From Neovahlkampfia damariscottae (Eukaryota): a DNA stretch of 64,000 nucleotides. The notes below the pieces were generated by a model, which did no database searches, was not told the origin of the DNA, and saw nothing but the letters and a program-made list of their open reading frames with translations. The position numbers and the translations under genes are program-made. This document shows positions 49,635 through 64,000 of the stretch, piece by piece (positions within the stretch are counted from its first letter, which is position 1; each line of letters begins with the position of its first letter). The stretch is taken from contig JABLTG010000027.1 in NCBI GenBank assembly GCA_016618085.1, positions 62,001 to 126,000 of the forward strand. Direction: 5' to 3'.

Positions 49635-52600
49635 TTATTTCTTTTTATTTGGAAGATTTTCCAAGAAATTTCTGTGTGCCTGATAATATTCATGTTCTGT
49701 TTGATCAATTTGAGTTTCTGGATTTGAATTTGGAACCAAATTGACTGAAATATTGGCTGGTATTGCACTTTTAACTTTTTCAACTTTTTTTGCCACTCTC
49801 TTTCCTTTTCTTGTTATCAAATACAATTTTCTTTTTGCTCTTTCAATTGAGAATAAATTTTCTAAGATTTGATTCATTGTCAACTTGGAGTCTTCATCAG
49901 ATGAAATATTCCATTTTCTCCAGTTGTAATGAAAATCATATTCTTGTGTCTCATCATATCCATGGAAGGATTGATTTCTTGTATTTCTTCTTTCTTTTTT
50001 CGCTCTTTTTCCAATATTTTTTCTTCTTGTATATATGTCCCAAAGAGTCATGATGACCGCAATAATGTTTGAAACAACAATCACAAAAACAGAAATGACT
50101 TCTATGATAATTTTGATTCCTTCAGTTGAAAATTTGGAACTTAAAAACAATAAACCGAAAAATAATGTGAACAAAGTTGCCAATAACATGATGTATTCCA
50201 TTAAATTACTATTGGTTAATAATATTCAATTTTTTACTGGAATTTTCTTTTGAATGGTACAAAATTCAAATGTAACAATAAAGCGGAAAAGATAATTCCT
50301 GTTGACAAAGTGATAACAAAAATTGGTTTAAAAAAGATATTCAAAATTGAGATTATCATTAAACGAACACTATTGCAAAAGTTAGAAATCATTTTTGTTA
50401 CGTTTCAATAATCTTCCAATAGAAATATTTGTTCTTAAATCTCAAGAGAACAAATCTAAACCTCAATTGAAATAATTCATCATTTTTCAATTTATTTCTT
50501 TGAATAACCATAATTCCAAAGTATAATAAAATACCAATTCCAAAAATCAAATACCAAAGAATAGATAGTGGAAATAGAATCCACCATTCACCTTGAAAAC
50601 ATAAAATATCAGCTGATTCATTTAAAGTGTAAGATCCATTCTTTTGAGCAGTGCAAACAAAAATTTCAGACGCTGTGGTCATCATGAAGATATAAAGAAA
50701 ACTAATGTAAGCACTCAGTGTGTTCAAGATTCTATTGAAAAGAATTTTGAAATCTCTTCTTGTTGATTTGTGTCTTGGTATCCAAACAAATAAGTTATAT
50801 AACCAAACCAATTCACGAGTGAACCACACCTTTAGTTCTTGTTTTCTTGTCATCAGAGTTGTATATTCAGGTGGTCTTTTATATTTGATTCCCAAAGCAT
50901 CAACAATTTTATGACCTATCAATCCAGCAAATAATGACCTTAACTCTCCCAAGAAATAAATTACCACAAAAACTAAAACAACTGCAGGAGGTACTAACAT
51001 TTTTAAAATCCAAACAGCAGCATAAGGAACACCTCTAAATAAACAAGCAGTGGCAAGAAAATCAAAATTAAAATTTGAAGTTGATGCTGCAGTTAATGTG
51101 GTGTCAATTGTCCATGGCCAGTTAATATCATATTTTGAAATGATTGATAAAACTTGCCAGAATGAAATAGTGATACTAAAGGAGGTCAATAAACTAGGAT
51201 AATAAGTTGATGTGATTAAAAGAAATATTCCAGCAATAAATAGAGCAATTACCAAAATGAATAGTTTTATGACTGTTGTGAACGCATCACCACAAGCATA
51301 ACATTTATTTTTCGATTTGTAATACCCAACTGAGCAATATCCACATCTTAATCCATTGTATTGTTTTGTGCAATTTTCAGCTAATCCACCACCACAAGCC
51401 ACTTTTGGAGTACATAAATAAAATGAATTGATATCTTGCAAAGAATACCAATAACCAGGTGATGCTGTTGGAATTGATAAATTGGTTTTGGTACATATTC
51501 CTCCAACTGGACATTCAAAGCATTCATCTGGATTTAAAGGATTCTTATAAAATCCAATGTCACAAACACAATTTGAAATTGAATTTGATCCTTTTTTTGA
51601 TACTTTATTTTTAGGACAGTTTTGACAGGTTAAAGTTCCTGTTTCATTTGTAAAAGTATTTTCTGGGCATTCTTGACATCCATATAATCCTTTTGTTAAT
51701 TTGAATGTACCTGAAGGACAAGGATAACATGGTGATGAATAATTATTTGCTGTGTGTCCTGCATTACATGGAATGAACGTAAAAGTTAAATTGGATTTAA
51801 TATAGTGAATTTGGTTGTATCCAAATGCAAATTTAAATGAACCTGTTGGATATGCAGTCACATAACATTCAATGTAGCTTGAATTTTTGATGACACATGC
51901 TCTTTCACAATCTATACTTCCAAATTTACAGAAAACAGTGAAATTTCTCAGGTTTTCAATAAAGACTCCGACATTATATCCACCAATTGTTAACCCACTT
52001 GAAAAACTAAATTTAGTCGCAGTTGGATCATCTAAAAGAGTTAGTATTAAAGATTCAAATTTTACCATAAATAAAGACTTCAAATGAATTTGATGTGTCA
52101 TTGAAAATATTGGAAACAGTCATTAAAATAGAATTTCCAACCAACATATTTGAATCAGTAATGTTACAATTGACAACATTTGTTGATCCTGTTTTAGTTG
52201 TATTGGTTTCAAATATGATATTTTTTCCACTTATAATTTGACATTTATCAACATATTCAAACCCAATTCCTTGAATTGACAATATTTGTGATTTTCTTTG
52301 AATAATTTTTGGATTAACTTGGTACAACAAAAGAGTTGTGTATTTATCAAGATACAATAATTCTTTTTCAATAAAATCAAAACCATTGTTGAATGAAATT
52401 CCAAATTGAAATGAAACTGGATATTGAAGTTGAACTGAAATACCTAATTTGTCAATGGAAGGTAAATCAAATGTAATCAAATTGTCATTTTCAACTGTGA
52501 ATCCAGATATCCATTCTTTTGTGATCAATTGATTTTTAATTCGAATGATAACTGAACTTCCTGGAAAGATGAAATTCTTTCCAGTCAATTCTAATTTTGA

Positions 52601-55600
52601 ATCACGAAATGAAAATCCAGTCGAATCTTTCAAGATTGAATCTAAATTTGAAACAGAATCTAAGATTGGATTATTCAAAAGTGTAATTTTTGATATATCA
52701 TGATAATAGTTGTTTGAATTGAAACTGATCTTAATTTGAATTGATGAAACATTTGATGGAATTATTGGCAATTCAAATTCAAAAATATCAGAATTTTTGA
52801 TATTTAAAGGTATTTTCTTTTCATACGTTGATACAGTAGATAAAATAGAAGTACTTTCTTTGATTAATATGATTGCATCAGAAACTAAGAATTTTGAGCC
52901 TAAAATATGAATTGGATTCTTCATTTCATGAAACAACATTGAAGGAGATACAGAATTGAATATTGGCGTTTCTGAGGGATTAAATTATAGGAAATTAATC
53001 TTACCATAAATAATAAATTGATCTGATTTGATATTTGTTTTATCTTTATCAATAAGAAGATACAATTCATATTTTCCAGTTTTAATTTCATTCACATTAG
53101 TCGAATTACAATGTTGATAATTTGTATCACACAACAATGAAATCATATTTTGATCAATTGACGAAATTAATGCTAAAGTAATTGTTGAATGACTTTTCAA
53201 ATGAATTGATGGTAAATTTTCAATTTTGATTGAAAAATGAACATTTTCTGGTGAAAGTAATGGAGAGAAACGAATCACATCTAATAAAATAATTAATCAG
53301 AAATTTTCATTACCTATGGTTGACAAATCAACTGTCAAATTGGTTTTTTCAAAATTGACACCATTATCAAATGAAACATCAATTTGAATTTTCATTGAAC
53401 TTGAATCAATATTTGTTAAATAAAATGATGGAGAGTTTGATATGATTGTATTTTCATTCTTTAAAAATCCATTTGTAAATTCTAAAATATCACGATAATT
53501 TGAATATCTCACAATGATATTTGTTGAATTGATATTTTCCTCATAATTACCAGAAATTGAAATTTCTGATTTTGAATATGCAGAAACAATTGATGGTGTG
53601 ACATTTTTGAATTTCAATGATTCATCATTATAGATTCTTAACTTCATACCTCCATCATAATCAGATCCAAGATTGATTGAAAACAAAACTCGAACATCAC
53701 TTAATTTATCATAGGAAGGTGATAAACATTGAATAATATTTTCAAGATTCATTTTACATGTTTCTTGTTGAATTTCATTAAATTCATTAATATATTTAAC
53801 AGAAATTTGAAACTTTTGATTGAATTTCTCTTTGATTTTGAAATACAACATTGTTTTAGAATTTAATTTTACAAGATTTGTTGGTGAAATTGAATCAATT
53901 GTAATCTGATAAAATGTGAAATGAGGATAAAATGAAATTGATCTGATTGAATCAATATAAAGATTCAACTTCATTCTTTTTTCAATAGTGTTCCAAGAAC
54001 TATAGTACTTTGAAATATCTATCATTGTGAACGTAAATCCACCTTCTGAAAAATCAGATTGCAAAATTTCAATTTCTTTGTTTCTGTCTTCAAATTTTAA
54101 TGAATATTTGTAATTCAAATAATTTTTTGTTGGTAATAAATTTGAATAATCAATTCTACCAATTTCATATCCACCTAAATTGGTTCCATAAAATGTATCT
54201 AATTCAAATCCCTTTTCAAAGACATAAATAATTGATTCGTTTTTGGTTAATTGTTTAATACCATTTTCTGATTGAAATAATAAATTTAATTTATAATTTT
54301 GATTTTTTAATCCAAAACTATTGAATGAACAAATGAAATGAGATGATTTGTTTAAACTATTTTGATATTCATTTGTATTCAAATCAAACGTTGCATTTAC
54401 TAAAATTGAATGTGATGCATTTTGAGTGATATTACAATAGAATTGATAATTTTGTGAATCCAAATTCAATAAAGTATTTCCTACTAATCTTAAAGGATAA
54501 TTTAACCTTTCATTGTAAGAAATATAGTGTGGTTTCAAATGTTGAAAATCAGTTTCATGATAATAGTACAAAAAATCAACATTCACTTCAATTAATTCAA
54601 TTGAATATTTTTGAATGATTTTGAGTTTGAACATCAATTTTGTTGGAATTGTTTGAATCAACTCTAAATAATCTTTCGGTAAATTACATTTGACAAATAA
54701 GCCCAAAATGAAATCACATGACACCAAATTTGATTGATTGTTCATATGATCAGAAATAACATTCAGTTCATAATTGAAAGAAATTCTATTTGGGACAGTG
54801 AAAATCAGTTCAGTTGAAAGCGAATTTGGTTCAATCACTTTTGATGTTTTCCATTTGATGTCATCTTTGATAAACAAATAACTTTGAATGTTGGAAGATA
54901 AATCAAAGAAGTAAACATTAGATGAATTCATGAATAATCCAATATCAATGATTTCAATCAAATTTAAGAATGTTTCTTTTTGAATTTTGCATGATATATT
55001 TTTTCCTTCATTTTGATCAATATAAACTTTTGAAAATGAAATTCCATCATTCGATATGATTTTACAAAACACATTTTGATTTGTGATCAAATCATCTTTC
55101 AATGTTATCCTTACTGTTCTTTCCTTTGCTTCAAATGTTTTGAATTTCTCTGCATGTCCACTAATGGATAACAGTTCAATTTGATCTGTAGAAAAATTTA
55201 AAATTCAAAAATGAAACTTACTCATGAAATAAAAGGTTTGTGAATTTTTTGAAAATGATAAATGAGTTTTTTTCAAATTGGATTCAATTAATAATGAAAT
55301 ATTTGAAGAATAACTTCCAGTGAATGTCTTGTCAATAACACAATTAAAAATACCATTGCTCAAAGTTGCAATAGATGTATTATTACCAAAAACACATTTA
55401 TAAGTAACAGAATTCCCGTAGATATTAGAGTAATTACTTTTCAAATATATATTTTGAGTTGTTGAATTTGATGAAAATGGAAGAATTGATTCAGTTAAAA
55501 TTTCATCAATAAATAAGATATCAATGGTATTTGTTGATAATAGAATTTCATTTCCATATGCATTTTCATTAACATAATATAATTGAATTATTTCACTTTT

Positions 55601-58600
55601 TACTTCTGATGAAATCACAGAACAAACAAATTCATTGTTTGACTTAAGAATGGTTGGAATGAATGAATTTCCCAATTTACATTTTATAGACTCTTTTTCA
55701 AATGTTGATAAATGAAGTTTTGAAATATCTGTGAATTTGATTGTAATATTCTTTTTAATATTTTTTTTGAATAAATTTGTTTCTGATATTAATTCAATGC
55801 TTGATTTTCCAGTGAATGTAATATTCTTTGATGACGAAATTGCAAACATATTTCTGAATTCAATACAAAATGGATTTTGATAGAACAATTGAATTTTGAA
55901 AATTCCATCTTTGTGAGATTGAAATGTTAATAATTTTGATACGTTTTTCTTATTTTGTATATTTCCAAAATCAAAATCTTTTCTTTCATTTGTTTCTGGT
56001 GAGAGAACAAAAAATAAACTTCCTTCATTTATTTTAATTTCTTTGTTCATTGAAATATTAATTGGGAAATTTAATACATCTGATGAAATAATTCTTGGAG
56101 AAAATTCCAAAATTTCAACTTTTTCATGATAAATAAAAGGAACTGATAAATTTTTTGAAATTGAATTAAAAGTCAATGGATATGATTGAAATATTGAAAT
56201 ATCTGAACTGGAAACTTTTGGTGTTAAACAGTGTAATGAATTATTTGATTTTGAGCATTCAAATGAATATTTTGATCTCAAAATATCATCTTGAAAGGTG
56301 ACATTGGATTCAGGATTTTTGTATTCAATAATTTGAACATTTTCTTTACCAGAAAGGAATCCAATTGATGGAGACAAGAAATTCGAATCGATAATCAATA
56401 ATGATTCATCAACCAATGTCATTTTTCTTTCTAATCCTTGAGATTTTATCCAAATACTCACAAATATTTTTCCTTCCAGTTCAAAATCAATTTCACATCT
56501 GAAACTACCAAATTGATTGATAATAGTTGCAATAGAACTTTTTTCGTATCTACTTTCATTTCTTCCATATCTACATTCAAAAATAGTTTCTAAACCATAA
56601 TCGAGACTTGTATCAAATGCACTTGATATGGTTAATTGAGTGGTTCTGTTAACAACAACTGCAGAAGGGGTTAATCCTGTGATTAATGAAGGAACAGCAA
56701 AAATTAGCTCCAAAGTGTTATTTGACAATTGAAACTCATAATCATTTTCTTTGTACCACAATGATACTTCTTTTTTTCCACCAACATTTGTCAAAGTAGT
56801 TGAATCGAATGTAAATTCATTCCCTTCATGTCCAGTGAAGTTAGTGGTCAGAGAAAAACCTGATGAATCAGATAAACGAGTTTTGAAATATTTTGTCAAT
56901 TCTAATGGAATATATGTTGTGATATTCACCCTAAATGAAATTAGGGTTGAAGTGAAATAGAATTTGATTTGATTCAAATCACTGAATTCAATATTCTTTT
57001 TTGAAAGGTAACGAAATTTACTCAATGAATCATTGAGAGTCAAATATATATTTTTCTCTCCTGAAAGTTGTGGAATTCTTAAAAATGATTTAAATTGAAT
57101 GACGTTTGATAAATGTTGACCAAATTGAATAGGGCATCTCAAAGTTTTGTCATCAATTTTAGTGGCTTCTGATGAATTTCTGTTGAAGAATTCACAAAAG
57201 TATTGAATTTTTTCTGTCAGTGAGTTCTTTGTTGCTCTTGCATCAAATTTTAATGTGATATTCAAATCATCTCCTTCAATTCCGGCAAGTGGAAATATTT
57301 CAGCAATTTCATGATTTTCATAAACCAACAATCCTTGATTGATATCAATTAATTTATCAAAGAAAGAGCCATTCTGATAATTCATAAATGAACTTTCCAA
57401 CACAATATCATTGGTCGGTAATTCTGCTGATGATGATGTGCTAATCATACAGGCACCATCAATCATTGTGCAGTTGTAGATATTTTTTATTGAATTTGAG
57501 TTTCCAATTCCAAATTGATAATCTTGATATTTTTGTGGAATGACGAAAGGTGTTGAATCAAATTTACTGATGGTGTGATTCTTTGGTGTTTTTGAAGTGA
57601 ATTCATCAATATATTTCAATTTAACAACTTGAATTGTGGAATCTTCTGTGGAAATACTTCCATCTATTCCATTAATTCCACTATTCCGAATACATAATGA
57701 GATAGTTACGTTCTCTTCAATACCTCTGGTATTCAAATCACATGAAAATAAATCTAAATTTCCTCCAAGATCTTTTTCAATCAATTTACTTGCTGAATTA
57801 ATTTTACAATAAAATGAAAAATTTGGATGCAATTTTTTGTCAATTTTGAATGATATATTTTTGGGTATTGTTTCATGAAGATTCGCATCAATTGCAAAAG
57901 GTTTTTCATAGACAAAAGTGATATTTTCTCTGAAATAATTTGAAGTCATATTAAATACTTGTTTAATCAATTGATTTGATGTTGAATTTAAAGAAATAAC
58001 TTCCATTTCAAAGTCAAGTCTCATTGGAGTATGTGTCAATGTCAATTCTGTAATTTTACATTTCCCAATGACTTTAGTGAAGTCACATGATATATATTTT
58101 GATGGATTTTCAACGTCGAATTCAGGTTTCAATTTAATTTTATATCCAAGATAACTCAATGAATATTTTGATAATTTTAATCCATTTTCAAAATTTAAAT
58201 TAAAAGATTGATTTAAATAATGTTTTGTTATCGTCATTGGAATATCCATTTGAATTGGTTCTTTCAAATATACATAAGTGATGTTATTAGAAGATAAAAC
58301 ATAATTAAAATTTGTGTCTTCAGTTGAAACTTTCATAAACAAGTCAATTGAAACAAATTCTGTTGATGAATTCAATTGATTTACATTGATCAAACAAGTT
58401 ATATTTGTATTTGAATTTGAAATAAATTTTGCTTTGGAGTATTGTATGATTCCATTATGTTCATATTTACAATATAAACCCTCATCTGTGAATAATCCAC
58501 TGTTTGTTCTCAATGAAACAGATGAGTTTCTCTTTTCATTTACCATTGAAAATCGATCAACAAATGGATACAAATTTTCTAATTCAATCTTCTCCATAAA

Positions 58601-61600
58601 AATGAATTGAATTGTGTTTGAAGATGCTTGGATATATTGTCCTGTTGGTAAATAAATCACCCAGAGTGATAATCTATGAATTGCTCCGTTTGTTGAATAC
58701 AAATCTGTGGTAAATAATGAATTGTTAAGATGTGAATTAAATTCTATTGAATCATCTAATTTTGACACAAATTTGATTTTTTGTTGATAATCAATGAGTT
58801 GATAATTATTCCAAATTTTAACAGATGAGTTTGAAACCAAAGAGGCAACAGGATCAATTTTTGAAATCAAGAATGTTTTTAAAAATCCATATTCCAATTG
58901 ATTACTACTTAATTTCAATATACTTTCATCTCCGTTCAAAATTTGATTTGGAATTAAACCATAATTGGTTGTTGATTCAATTGATTTTCCAATTGCCTTT
59001 TCATTTCCATAGAATAATTGATAATCTGTAATTGATCCATTAGTAGACTCTTGAACTTTAAAGTTGATAAGGGTTGACGCAGAATTGCAATTTGATACAT
59101 AACGTGGTATTTCCATTCCTTTAAATGTCACAATCAAATCATCACAGTTCGATTTCAATTTTCCATTTGAAATTAAATTTGAAGTTGAAAGATGAACTTT
59201 CAATTGATAGTTGATATTTAATATATTAGGTGTACTATAAGTTAAATTAATTCTATTTTTAAATGTATTATGAATTTCAGGGATTTTGAAAGAGTTTGGT
59301 TCAATGAATTTAATTCCAATTCTTTTGTATCCTGGAGTATTTGTAGAAATTGAGCAAGAAAATAATTCATTTTCATTTTGGTAAACAGTTGGAACTAAAC
59401 TTCCATCAAATTCACATTTTACTTGTGAATACAAATATGAAGGTACTTTTGAATTCTTTATCGAAATAATAGGTGTATTTATCATTCCAGTGTTTCCAAA
59501 TTGTGAACTTGTTGAATTGTATTCAATTCGATCAAACTTCAAAAAGTATAGAGATACTGAATTGGATGATAATTTTGACCGAATTCCAAATTGATTTTTA
59601 AACCAAAAAGTTAAATTTTGATGTTCATTTGAATCAAAAATACACTTGAATTCATTAGATGAAACATAAACCGCATTGATGAATCTATTATCACTCAAAT
59701 GACATTCCAAAGAATTTGCAATTGATTTTGAAATAGTTTCAGTGAATGAAAATTCGAAACTTTTTGTTCCATTCATTGAGGTGATTGAATTTGAAGGATA
59801 AATTAAATTTTGTTTTATCACATGAAAATCAACTGGAACTGCATTGAAATCAACTTTGAAGTCCTTGTAAATACCAATGATTTTAAAATTGTAAGAAATT
59901 GAAGAGTCATTTGAAATTGCGTTACATTTCATTGTTGTTGAGTTTATTACTGAACCTGAAAAATTAGCATTCATTACTTCATCAACACAGTAAATTTTCA
60001 TATTTTGAATGGTTGAATTGAATGTTGAACTGTTAAACGTTACATACACATCAGTAACAATATTTGATAAAATAGCTCTTGGATAAATATTTTGAATTCC
60101 ATTTCTTTGAAAAAATATAGTTTGAATTTCAGAAATCAAATTTGAACCATCCTTAAATTGAAGGGTGACTTCTTCAATTTGGTATGAAAATGGAACACCC
60201 ATTAATTTGTTGCAACTAATAATTTTTCCATTTGAAACTGAACAAGGAAAATGAATGGAATGATTTGAATTTGAAAGAGAATAACTATGTCCATTATATC
60301 CATTAATTTGATTTCCATCAGAATTTCTTAAAAGAAGTTGTTGATTTTCGAAACTTGAAATTTCAGGGTTCAATAATTTTGCTTTGATGAATGAAAATGA
60401 CAAACTATTACTAATTAGAAATAATTTTGTTGATTCATATAATGTTATGGTTGGTTCTTTGATATTTGGATCATTATTAATTGAGCATTTAACGAAAGAT
60501 TCATTTCCAACAATTGGATATGCTTCAACAAAGTATTTGGTTGTTCCATCATCATGTTGACAATATATTTTGTCAGTTGGATTCTTTCTATATCTAGTAA
60601 TGTTTTGATTTGTTTCTAAAGTAATTTCGATTGTTCCAGATTCTTGAATGTTAATCAAACGTGGATCAATATTTGAAATAGTTGCATATGGTAAATTGAT
60701 CACATGTAAATCAGTTGAAATCTTTTCTGATAATGTTGAATTGTATTTCCAAACAATTGTCAAATATTGATCAATGTCTGCAAAGAATTCATTTTTTAAG
60801 CAAGTAATTTCATTATTTTCAAAAGACGCACTGGATTTTGAAAATTCTTTTGAACTTGAAAAATCAAATTTTGATGAAAGACAATGGATATTTGTTTCAA
60901 TCAATTTTGTTTTGCATTCTGTTGGAGCAGATGTTGTATAATTCAAAATGATTGATGTTTCATGTGGTAGCAATGTAAAAGTATTTTTTGTCAATGGTAA
61001 TTTCCCACAAGTGTCTGTATTCAAATCATCACACCATATCGACTTTTGATGATTTTTAGTTGAAACAGAAAATTCATTTTTCAACCATGTTTCAGGAAAA
61101 ATCCCACATAATTTATTTCCATCCAAAACTAAATTATCAAAATTGGTGAAATAACTTTTAAAAATTTCATAGTTTGATGCAGAGTTTCCATTTTCATTAT
61201 AACTTAAATTTAAAGTTTTCAATGAAGGAGAAAAATAAAATTGAAGCTGCTTATTCGGTCTGAACAATTCATTTGATGATAGATCAACATTTTCCAATGA
61301 AGTAAAATTTAACATGTTAGGGATTATTCCTGAAAATCCAACATTTGAAAATTTCATTCCTGTTATTCGAAATGATGAATCACAAGATACTCTGGTTGAT
61401 TGAACTTCTTTGTTGCAATAACATGATGGACCGATATCAATGCATTCTTTATATAGTGTCTTATTTATTGAACATCCAATTTGGCAAGAATGATCAACAA
61501 ATTCAAATAGATCTGAGTGTTGACAGTTTCTTCCATAAAATGAAGGTTGACAAATACAAGTATCTTTCTCGGTACAATTTCCATGTGAAGAACAAACTTT

Positions 61601-64000
61601 TGCATTGATTGAATCAATTCCAAAACAAATATTATTTTGACATTCATTGCCTGAGTATCCAGGAGCACATGTGCAATTATTTGGTGATAAACAATTTCCT
61701 CTGATATTGTTTGTACAAGAATTGGTTTCATTTGCTGCTTTTCCAAAACAAATTGGAATTTCACAATTGAAACCTGAATAACTTGATAAACAAGAACAAA
61801 TTTCAGGAGTATTACAACTACCATGTCCTGAACAAACAGAAAGAAATTCATTTGAAACTCCATAACAGATTGTAAATTGACAATCATTTCCAGTATATCC
61901 AGGAGCACATGAACAATTGTTTGGTTGTAAACAATTTCCTCTTTTGTTACAAACATTTGGATTGGTGGAAACAGTGTGATTACAAATTGCGTTTTGACAA
62001 TTATTTCCAGTCCAACCTGAGTTACACGAGCATGAATCAGGTGAAACACAATTTCCATTTCCAGAACAGACATTTGCATCCAATGCACTTTTTGAAAAAC
62101 AAACAGGTGAATTGCAATCGGTTCCAGACCATTGTGGAGTACATGAACAACTATTTGGTCCAACGCAATTCCCTTTAACTCCAGAGCAATTATTTTCATT
62201 TTTACAATGAAATGTTGAACAATTAGAATTTTCCCATCCACTGGAACAAGAGCAGTTATTTGCTCCTATACATAATCCATTTCCTGAACAATCATTTACA
62301 TCTGTACAAACAGTGACATTACAATAAATTCCAGAGTATCCTCCTGCTGAACAAACACAATTATCAGGTGAAGAACATATTCCATTTCCTGAACATACTT
62401 TATCCATATTTGACCCAATTCCGTGGCAAATTGGAAATGAACAATTTAGTCCTGTAAATTGAGTATTGCAGTTACAGTTATTCGCTCCAATACAAATACC
62501 ATTTCCAGAGCAAGAATTTCGATCAACACAAGTAATATCTTGGCAATTATTTCCAGTCCATCCAGATTCACAAATGCAATTATTTGGTGAAATACACGAA
62601 CCATGAGAACTACAAACAGTAATATCACCAGATGATTTTCCATTGCAGATATTTAATTCGCAGTTTTGTCCCAAATATCCTGTGTCACAAAAACAATTTT
62701 CTTTTCCAATACAACTCCCATGTGAATTACAAACTGTTGAATCATTTGATAGTTTTCCATCACAAATAAAAATATCACACTTTGTTCCATAATATCCAGA
62801 ATTACAAATGCAATTGTCAGGACTGGAACATGTTCCATTTCCTGAGCAGACTGTATTTGTTTGTGATGATTCAATTCCATAGCAAATTGGATTTTGGCAT
62901 TGATCTCCTGAATATTTAGAATTACAGTGACAACTGTCAACTGAAAAACAATTTCCTTGCGAATTACATACGTTACTTTCATTTCCGAGGATACCAAAGC
63001 ATTTTGGAATTTGGCATTGACTTCCACCATGATTTGAAGAACAAGAACAAGTATTATGTGAAATACAAGTACCATTAGGTCCAGAACAAGCAACAGGATT
63101 GATGAAGCCAAAACAAATTGGTATATCACATTTTGAACCTGTGAATTGTGAATCACAAATACATGAATTTGGATTTTGACAAGTGCCATGAGAATTGCAA
63201 ACATTAGAATCATTTGATGATATTCCAAAACAATCTATGAATTGACATTCATTTCCAGTATGCCCCAAAGCACAACTACAATTATTGGTCGACATACATG
63301 TTCCATTGGTTGAAGAACATGCTTGCGGTTCAGTTTTTCCGAAACAAATTGGTTTTTTACATTCCGAACCAGTGTATCCTTCATCACAAGCGCAAATGTT
63401 TGAATTAACGCATGAACCATGAGAAGAACATACAGTTGCTTCATTTGATGAAATACCGAAACAAGAAAAATATTCACAATTGGTGCCAGCATACCCAGAT
63501 GTACAATTGCAGCTATTGGTTGAAATACAAGTCCCATTTGAACCTGAACATGCGTTGGGATCTGTTAATGAGTTACACATCGGAATTTCGCAATTAGAAC
63601 CTGTTGAACCTGCTCCACATGAGCAACTGTCAGGTCCAGTACACATTCCTTTCCCAGAGCACACTAATGGATCAAATGATATTTTTTCAAAGCAAACAGG
63701 AAACTCACAATTCATTCCACTATATCCAGCAGAACAAGAGCATACGTCAGGAGAATTACAAAGTCCATGGGATGAACATACATTTGTATTATTTGCATAA
63801 ACTCCAAAACAAACAGCAAATTGACAATCTGAACCAACATAACCCGATGTGCAATTACAAGTCTCAGGTGCAATGCAAGATCCATGTGAAGAACATACGT
63901 TTGTTTCATTATTTGAAATTCCAGTACAATTGTAAAATTCACAATAATCTCCAAAATAGGGAGATGAACAATCACACTTGTCAAGTTGACCTGGAAAAAT
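49635..64000 (-). CDS. Giant cell-surface receptor-like protein (over 4,600 aa; 5' end outside the window): EGF array, LRR patch, IPT/TIG-like repeats, Cys-rich GCC2/ephrin-receptor-like repeats, multi-pass membrane domain
   Basis: Open frame 64000-55222 with more than 20 CSxHGxC..PxxCxC..GxxGxxC repeats. Six short GT-AG introns link ORFs 55205, 53297, 52985, 52055, 50398 and 49635. CPxGTF repeats precede several TM helices. Confidence 0.85.

Noticed and set aside
61465..63800. Alternative-frame and antisense ORFs over the EGF array
   Set aside because: They are stop-poor by-products of Cys/Gly/Ser repeat codons and encode no recognisable protein.
63712..64000. Apparent frameshift at the start of the 2836-aa ORF
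   Set aside because: Translating from 64000 in the main frame gives uninterrupted EGF repeats into MNCEF. The 90-aa ORF is an off-frame shadow.
1..64000. Non-standard genetic code or stop read-through as the cause of fragmented ORFs
   Set aside because: Breaks in conserved genes are resolved by short GT-AG introns. TAA, TAG and TGA all end genes, and AAA is Lys in Walker A motifs.
1..64000. CRISPR arrays, transposases, rRNA, prokaryotic operons or defence systems
   Set aside because: None seen. The DNA is intron-containing eukaryotic sequence, and the sirtuin is SIRT6/7-like rather than a bacterial SIR2 immune effector.

Overview
Very AT-rich, extremely compact eukaryotic nuclear DNA from a free-living protist. 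The gene set looks heterolobosean or amoeba-like, but the taxon cannot be confirmed from sequence alone. The fragmented ORF track is explained by dozens of ultra-short GT-AG introns (about 26-46 nt), which I joined by hand; the standard genetic code fits. About 29 protein genes are present: condensin H (partial), SRP68, an MDR oxidoreductase, URI1, CHD1L/ALC1, a sirtuin, SAMD8/SMSr, a DOCK GEF, an Spt7-like protein, two tail-anchored coiled-coil proteins, MOB1, a SAPS protein, MTR kinase, a double-AAA ATPase, an SH3/NT-C2 protein, Tom40, Prp19, ASH2L, COQ4, a BTB-TLDc protein, an AADAT-like aminotransferase and a giant EGF/IPT multi-pass receptor. There are four tRNA or tRNA-like genes. The most unusual items: (1) a class IV sirtuin with an N-terminal beta-thymosin/WH2-like motif whose catalytic His is replaced by Phe; (2) a tRNA with a Tyr-type acceptor end but a UUU anticodon and an apparent 7-nt intron; (3) a perfect 231-bp inverted repeat carrying two tRNA-Ser genes around an orphan ORF; (4) a 3-nt microexon; (5) introns made almost entirely of A; (6) a CCAAT motif just upstream of most start codons. 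All family calls are from motif recognition, not database searches.
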